Made by a program: the position numbers and the translations under genes. A stretch of DNA of 64,000 bases from a virus (taxonomy: Duplodnaviria > Caudoviricetes), in the IMG/VR virus record IMGVR_UViG_3300010348_001841. One strand, 5' to 3'. Numbering within the stretch: the stretch's first letter is position 1; the number at the start of each line of letters is the position of its first letter. The notes under the pieces were generated by a model. That model was not told the DNA's origin. It did no database searches and worked only from the letters and a program-made list of their open reading frames with translations. Below, one piece after another: positions 60,060-64,000 of this stretch.

Positions 60060-60459
60060 ATGTAAATTTGAGAGCCCAGCTATCCTTGCGGCCTCGCTGG
60101 ATTGTCTCGATAAGGCAAGTCTTAGACCATACTTCACGGTAAATCTGAGTCTGCTGAGCAGCGCCGCTACTTGGGACTCGAACCTTTCGTCTATCTCAAA
60201 ACTTGTAATGAGCATAAGGCGTGCGTTTCCTGTTGGTCAGTTATTCCCCTCCTGGGACCAATCCGCGCCTGGGATCGGGGGGCCAGATGTTGTCTGCACA
60301 GAAACGCCTACATCATACGTTGCACCGTAGTGCTCAGTAGTTTTCGACAACCCACGCCTTATGCTCACTAAAATTTGGTGGAGATATTGGGCCTACGTAG
60401 TTACCCAACCCACCCGGGTTTCCCACGGATGGTGCTTTCACGATGCATAACCCCTAAAA

Positions 60460-60534
60460 TGGTGGACCGTAAGGGACTCGAACCCTTATTACCGAGTTGC
60501 AAGCCCGGTGTAATTCCCCCTATACTAACAGCCC
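60460..60534 (-). tRNA. tRNA-Ala(TGC)
   Basis: G3:U70, loop CTTGCAA. Confidence 0.9.
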
Positions 60535-60542
60535 ATAAAAAT

Positions 60543-60629
60543 TGGCAGGCCCTGGTGGGATCGAACCACCGAAACCAGACTGGTACCTGTTTTGGAGACA
60601 GGCGGGTTTGTCCGCTTCCCTAAAGACCT
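60543..60629 (-). tRNA. tRNA-Trp(CCA) with long variable arm
   Basis: loop CTCCAAA; variable hairpin ACCAG-T-CTGGT. Confidence 0.82.
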
Positions 60630-60634
60630 ATAAA

Positions 60635-60721
60635 TGGTGGACCCTGATAGATTTGAACTATCGAAACCTGTGGTGCCGGATGTACATGCCCGGTGGGTTT
60701 GCCCGCTTCCCTAAGGGATCC
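60635..60721 (-). ncRNA. tRNA-like RNA with 8-nt anticodon loop
   Basis: CCGGG-CATGTACA-TCCGG; D arm shared with the adjacent tRNA-Trp. Confidence 0.65.
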
Positions 60722-60730
60722 ATTGAAACT

Positions 60731-60814
60731 TGGTGGAGCGTTCAGGTAACGATCCTGACTGGCCTTGACGACAGTTTTACAGACTGCCCCACCTCCTTAG
60801 TGGTCTACCGCTCC
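60731..60814 (-). tRNA. tRNA-Tyr(GTA)
   Basis: loop CTGTAAA; T loop ATCGTTA. Confidence 0.8.
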
Positions 60815-61357
60815 TAATTCTATAACATAGCCGGATTTATCTATAATAGATAAATTTTGTAATTTTTCCTTATCCCATAATTCTATAACAATATTGGGAT
60901 AATCCTGCAAAAATAGATCAAACTTTTTTCTATTATTTTCCCTAAAATATCCCTTTACTTCTATCAATTTTTCTAATATACCGTCTTTATAGATAAAAAA
61001 ATCTGGATAATAATATCTACCATCTGACAATTTGTATCCCTTTTCGGAATATTTCCAAATTATACTGATGGAATCTAAGTATCTTGCAACCCCTGTCTCC
61101 CACCGAGAATCCATCCTAACATCTTTATAGAAACTTTGTCTGTCACCTCGATGAGTTGCATTTTTATTTCCCATCTTGGCCTTTGCTATTTTCTTTATTG
61201 TTTCCTCAGTATGACGCCTGCCGGAAAACATTCCCTTCTTACCTGTAGTCCACGGTACATATTGTGTACGTGCTGGGTTGGCTTGACAATGCATTTGATG
61301 CATTGAGATTGAACCTCTATTGATGGTTTCTTTATCGCAAAATAAGCATTTATACAT
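60797..61357 (-). CDS. PD-(D/E)XK homing endonuclease
   Basis: SRWE, YYPDF and IEVKG; start at MYKCL. Confidence 0.85.
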   Translation of the reverse strand: MYKCLFCDKETINRGSISMHQMHCQANPARTQYVPWTTGKKGMFSGRRHTEETIKKIAKAKMGNKNATHRGDRQSFYKDVRMDSRWETGVARYLDSISIIWKYSEKGYKLSDGRYYYPDFFIYKDGILEKLIEVKGYFRENNRKKFDLFLQDYPNIVIELWDKEKLQNLSIIDKSGYVIELGAVDH

Positions 61358-61941
61358 ATTGTATTTATGTAAAACAGACTGTAAGCAGAGACAGAACACA
61401 ATAAAAATGATACTGATGCAACTTACCACCTTTCAGTGGTCACGGCAAGTCTCTAGGACTACTCCTCTTTGGCCGGTTGCCATCGATGAAAACATCGTTA
61501 CTGTCTCTATCGGCAACGTTTTCGTCCTCTACATATTTGTAGTCAACGCACGGTCTCATATTTTACAGATTCTGCTGGCATATGAGCGACTTAGCCTTTT
61601 ATACGGCTACCATGTGCATTCCGGACCTCTCGATGCCCGGACCCCAACATACCGGGTGATATATCTGCCAAGATAGGAGCCCGGGTGTATTCAGTATCGA
61701 AACTTTGTAAGCACTTCATACGAAATGCCTATCGTAAAGTACACAACAGATCATCTAGCGGTAGTAAGCGCCTAGAGTGGATATGTACTTTACGATCGGG
61801 TTTTTACCACCTGCGTTCTCTCCACAGGCTTCTCATCCCCCGACACGCCCTCATTATTAGCCGGATGTTTTTATACAGTGCCCAGCAGGATCGCGTTTCC
61901 CACACACTGCCCGTGATACGCCTTAGCTTAACGCGGAGAAC

Positions 61942-61970
61942 AAAAAACCGCCTTGGTTTCCTTTGGCGGC
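61942..61970 (-). terminator. attenuator terminator
   Basis: GCCGCC/GGCGGT plus T run; overlaps the antiterminator. Confidence 0.75.
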
Positions 61971-61998
61971 TTCCTTTTATAAACTTTCTGGATACTTT

Positions 61999-62157
61999 TT
62001 ATTTGTGTCCAGACTCCTTATAGAAGGAAGCCATCGTAATCGGATCTTGTTCAGGATTATTCGATGTACTAAACCCGACCCAATAACCGGCGCAGAGGCG
62101 CTCAGCGGCTAAGGCCACCTTATGCATCGCGATCGATTTTGTTGAGTTAGTAAACAT
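61999..62157 (-). CDS. putative 52-aa leader peptide
   Basis: contains all 20 amino acids; 3' end overlaps the antiterminator. Confidence 0.7.
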   Translation of the reverse strand: MFTNSTKSIAMHKVALAAERLCAGYWVGFSTSNNPEQDPITMASFYKESGHK

Positions 62158-62338
62158 TTATAAACTTTCCAATTATACGAAACTATGCCGACCCCATGTC
62201 GACAAAGTTATTTATCATCTTGACAATTTCTTGCCTGTTTTGAAGCACTTTAGCACATGCTCTAGTGATTCGTCAAGTTACACCAGTTATCTTCTAAGAA
62301 ACGAATATATCGTGCATCAAAGATATTTATCATCTGCG

Positions 62339-62367
62339 ATTCTACACATACTTTATATAGGTGTCAA
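62339..62367 (-). promoter_or_regulatory. sigma70-type promoter
   Basis: TTGACA-17-TAGAAT. Confidence 0.8.
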
Positions 62368-62462
62368 ATCAACCATTCTTTGTACCGTTTTGCGCCTGGT
62401 ACCACAGCAGGATAGCAGTTTGTAACCTCCTGTTACACCTTGCTTATACATATCGTAGACCA

Positions 62463-62491
62463 ACTGTAGCACTATTTTAGATAGGTGTCAA
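62463..62491 (-). promoter_or_regulatory. sigma70-type promoter
   Basis: TTGACA-17-TACAGT. Confidence 0.65.
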
Positions 62492-62733
62492 CCGTCTTCT
62501 CTGTCGTTGAATTTACCGTGTCTATTTGGACTTCACCATAAAATAATACTTAGATTGGTGTAGCGATTATGTCTCCTTTAAACCTACTACCTCGAACTCG
62601 TATATAGTAGCGAGCACCATAAGTAATATTAGAGTAGCGATAGAGGACGCCTACCTTCTGGTAAGACCCTGCCTACTTCATATCTTTTTATCTGGCAGCT
62701 ACCGTATTACTATATTTAACAAAAAAGAAGATG

Positions 62734-63399
62734 TCAAGCCGAAGTTATTTTAAGAACCTGCTCTCCGTATTCTTTTGGTAAATTTGATATAACTTTATCC
62801 AAGACACCAATTTCTTTACATCTTTTTAAAGAAGACATAAGATGCCCCTGAAGATTCTGAGCATCAGCAACCGACATAGATTCTGGATTGGTGTTATATG
62901 CTTTCAATAGAAATTCTACCGAATAACTAACTAATTGATGTTCATTTACATCTGTTGTAGAAAACGATCCGTCGGCAAGTTCTTTTTTTATCGACGACCA
63001 CATATATATTTCCCTGACTCTATCAGATGCAACAGATTTCATTGATGATTTTTTAAAGTAACATTCTTCTAAATTTATTATTGCCTCTTCTTTTTCAAAT
63101 TCATCGGTAGAATTTTCAATTATTTTTTTATATCTTTTAATAGCTACCTCATTTCTTCGATAATCAAAAGACAATAAGGATAATTGCTCGAGCATGGTTG
63201 TCTGCTCTCTTATTGCTTGCCAGTATTTTGCGGCATTAGTCGGAAAATTTATATCATTTAGGACAGATATTCTAGCTTCGGTTTCGGTTCTAAATATTTG
63301 TCTATTTTTATATGCAGATGTTAATTCATCTGCAATGTCTAACAAATTATCTTCATTACTGAGTAAAGATGGTAAAATTTCTAATGGCAATTTTTTCAT
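62734..63399 (-). CDS. hypothetical protein (tail-fibre-locus type)
   Basis: FRTETEARISVLND..FPT..AKYWQ. Confidence 0.7.
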   Translation of the reverse strand: MKKLPLEILPSLLSNEDNLLDIADELTSAYKNRQIFRTETEARISVLNDINFPTNAAKYWQAIREQTTMLEQLSLLSFDYRRNEVAIKRYKKIIENSTDEFEKEEAIINLEECYFKKSSMKSVASDRVREIYMWSSIKKELADGSFSTTDVNEHQLVSYSVEFLLKAYNTNPESMSVADAQNLQGHLMSSLKRCKEIGVLDKVISNLPKEYGEQVLKITSA

Positions 63400-63998
63400 T
63401 ATTGATATTTTTCACACGTATTTAATGGATTTGTGAGATTGCTTCTGCCCCCAGAAACAACTGCCGATGTTGCCGAACCTGCCATTGCATTCTCACTTCT
63501 TTCTATATTCATGCTATTTATGGTTGTCCACGTAGTTCCGTTAAAAGTTAAGGCGCCAGAGGTTCTCGCTGGAGCAATACCCCCGGCTATTATTGCCACT
63601 GTAGAAGAGCCAGCACTAGCTCCACCGGAAGTTGCTACAGGTAAAGCGGTCGCTGCGGCCCATGTTGTATTATTAAAAATCTGAGTTGTGGTAACTAAAG
63701 ACCCGGTATTGCCGCCTGCAGATATACCCGAGGGTATTCCACCGCTTGCCTGTAAATTTGCACGAGCACTGCTCATAATAGGACCCGAAAGCCATCCGGA
63801 AATATATCGATCACAGGTATCAATAATTGTACCCGAAGTATTTCTTCCTCCAAAGACAGCAAATGTTGTACCTGAATTTACACAGGCACCGTGAGTATAT
63901 CTTGTAGTGGTTGGATTTGTAGCAATATTTGTCCATGTGGAACCACCAAAAGTCTCTGATGTATTTGTACCATTAGGGGACGTATTGTTATATCCACC
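63399..63998 (-). CDS. Kelch/beta-propeller repeat protein (5' truncated by the window)
   Basis: GG...F-x-G-x-x-W repeats; frame open to the window edge. Confidence 0.75.
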   Translation of the reverse strand, partial: GGYNNTSPNGTNTSETFGGSTWTNIATNPTTTRYTHGACVNSGTTFAVFGGRNTSGTIIDTCDRYISGWLSGPIMSSARANLQASGGIPSGISAGGNTGSLVTTTQIFNNTTWAAATALPVATSGGASAGSSTVAIIAGGIAPARTSGALTFNGTTWTTINSMNIERSENAMAGSATSAVVSGGRSNLTNPLNTCEKYQ

Positions 63999-64000
63999 CA

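Noticed and set aside
47902-60817. ORF-track entries overlapping tRNA/ncRNA genes
   Set aside because: They read through RNA genes and have no protein motifs. Several true starts were moved downstream of tRNAs.
1-64000. Genome-wide stop-codon reassignment
   Set aside because: Long genes are intact in code 11, and TAA, TAG and TGA all end genes. The internal TGA seems specific to the release factor.
1-64000. CRISPR array
   Set aside because: No regularly spaced direct repeats and no cas genes. The recurring TTCGA and CCA motifs are tRNA-derived.

Overview
A 64 kb segment of a large lytic (jumbo, T4-superfamily-like) phage genome, transcribed almost entirely on the minus strand. It carries rIIA/rIIB, a T-like holin, spanins, DHFR, glutaredoxin, NADAR, DenV and about 10 free-standing endonucleases. 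Its translation/RNA arsenal is large: about 59 tRNA genes covering all 20 amino acids plus a CUA (amber) anticodon, RNase P RNA, a two-piece (permuted) tmRNA, two Pth2-like genes, an ArfA-like peptide and a release factor. The best candidate for a new system is a family of at least 9 dispersed non-coding RNAs. They share a covarying terminal stem with an invariantly spaced motif (RGRNU-N5-CNGCAR ... CY-GWY) but carry different tRNA-derived cargo: a YrlA-like T/acceptor/D module, a whole permuted tRNA-Tyr, lone anticodon stem-loops, or T-arms. One member is circularly permuted into a CCA-ending tRNA. Three members lie in one operon with a DUF2828 (helical + vWA, Ro60/TROVE-like architecture) gene. 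There are also three apparent translation-sensing switches: a 52-codon leader using all 20 amino acids that overlaps an antiterminator/terminator ahead of the tRNA array; an in-frame UGA at a conserved Trp of the release factor; and an AUG-AUG-UAG mini-leader gating a Pth2-like operon flanked by UCA/CUA/UUA-anticodon RNAs. All structures were read by eye, with no folding or database searches, so family names and novelty need checking.
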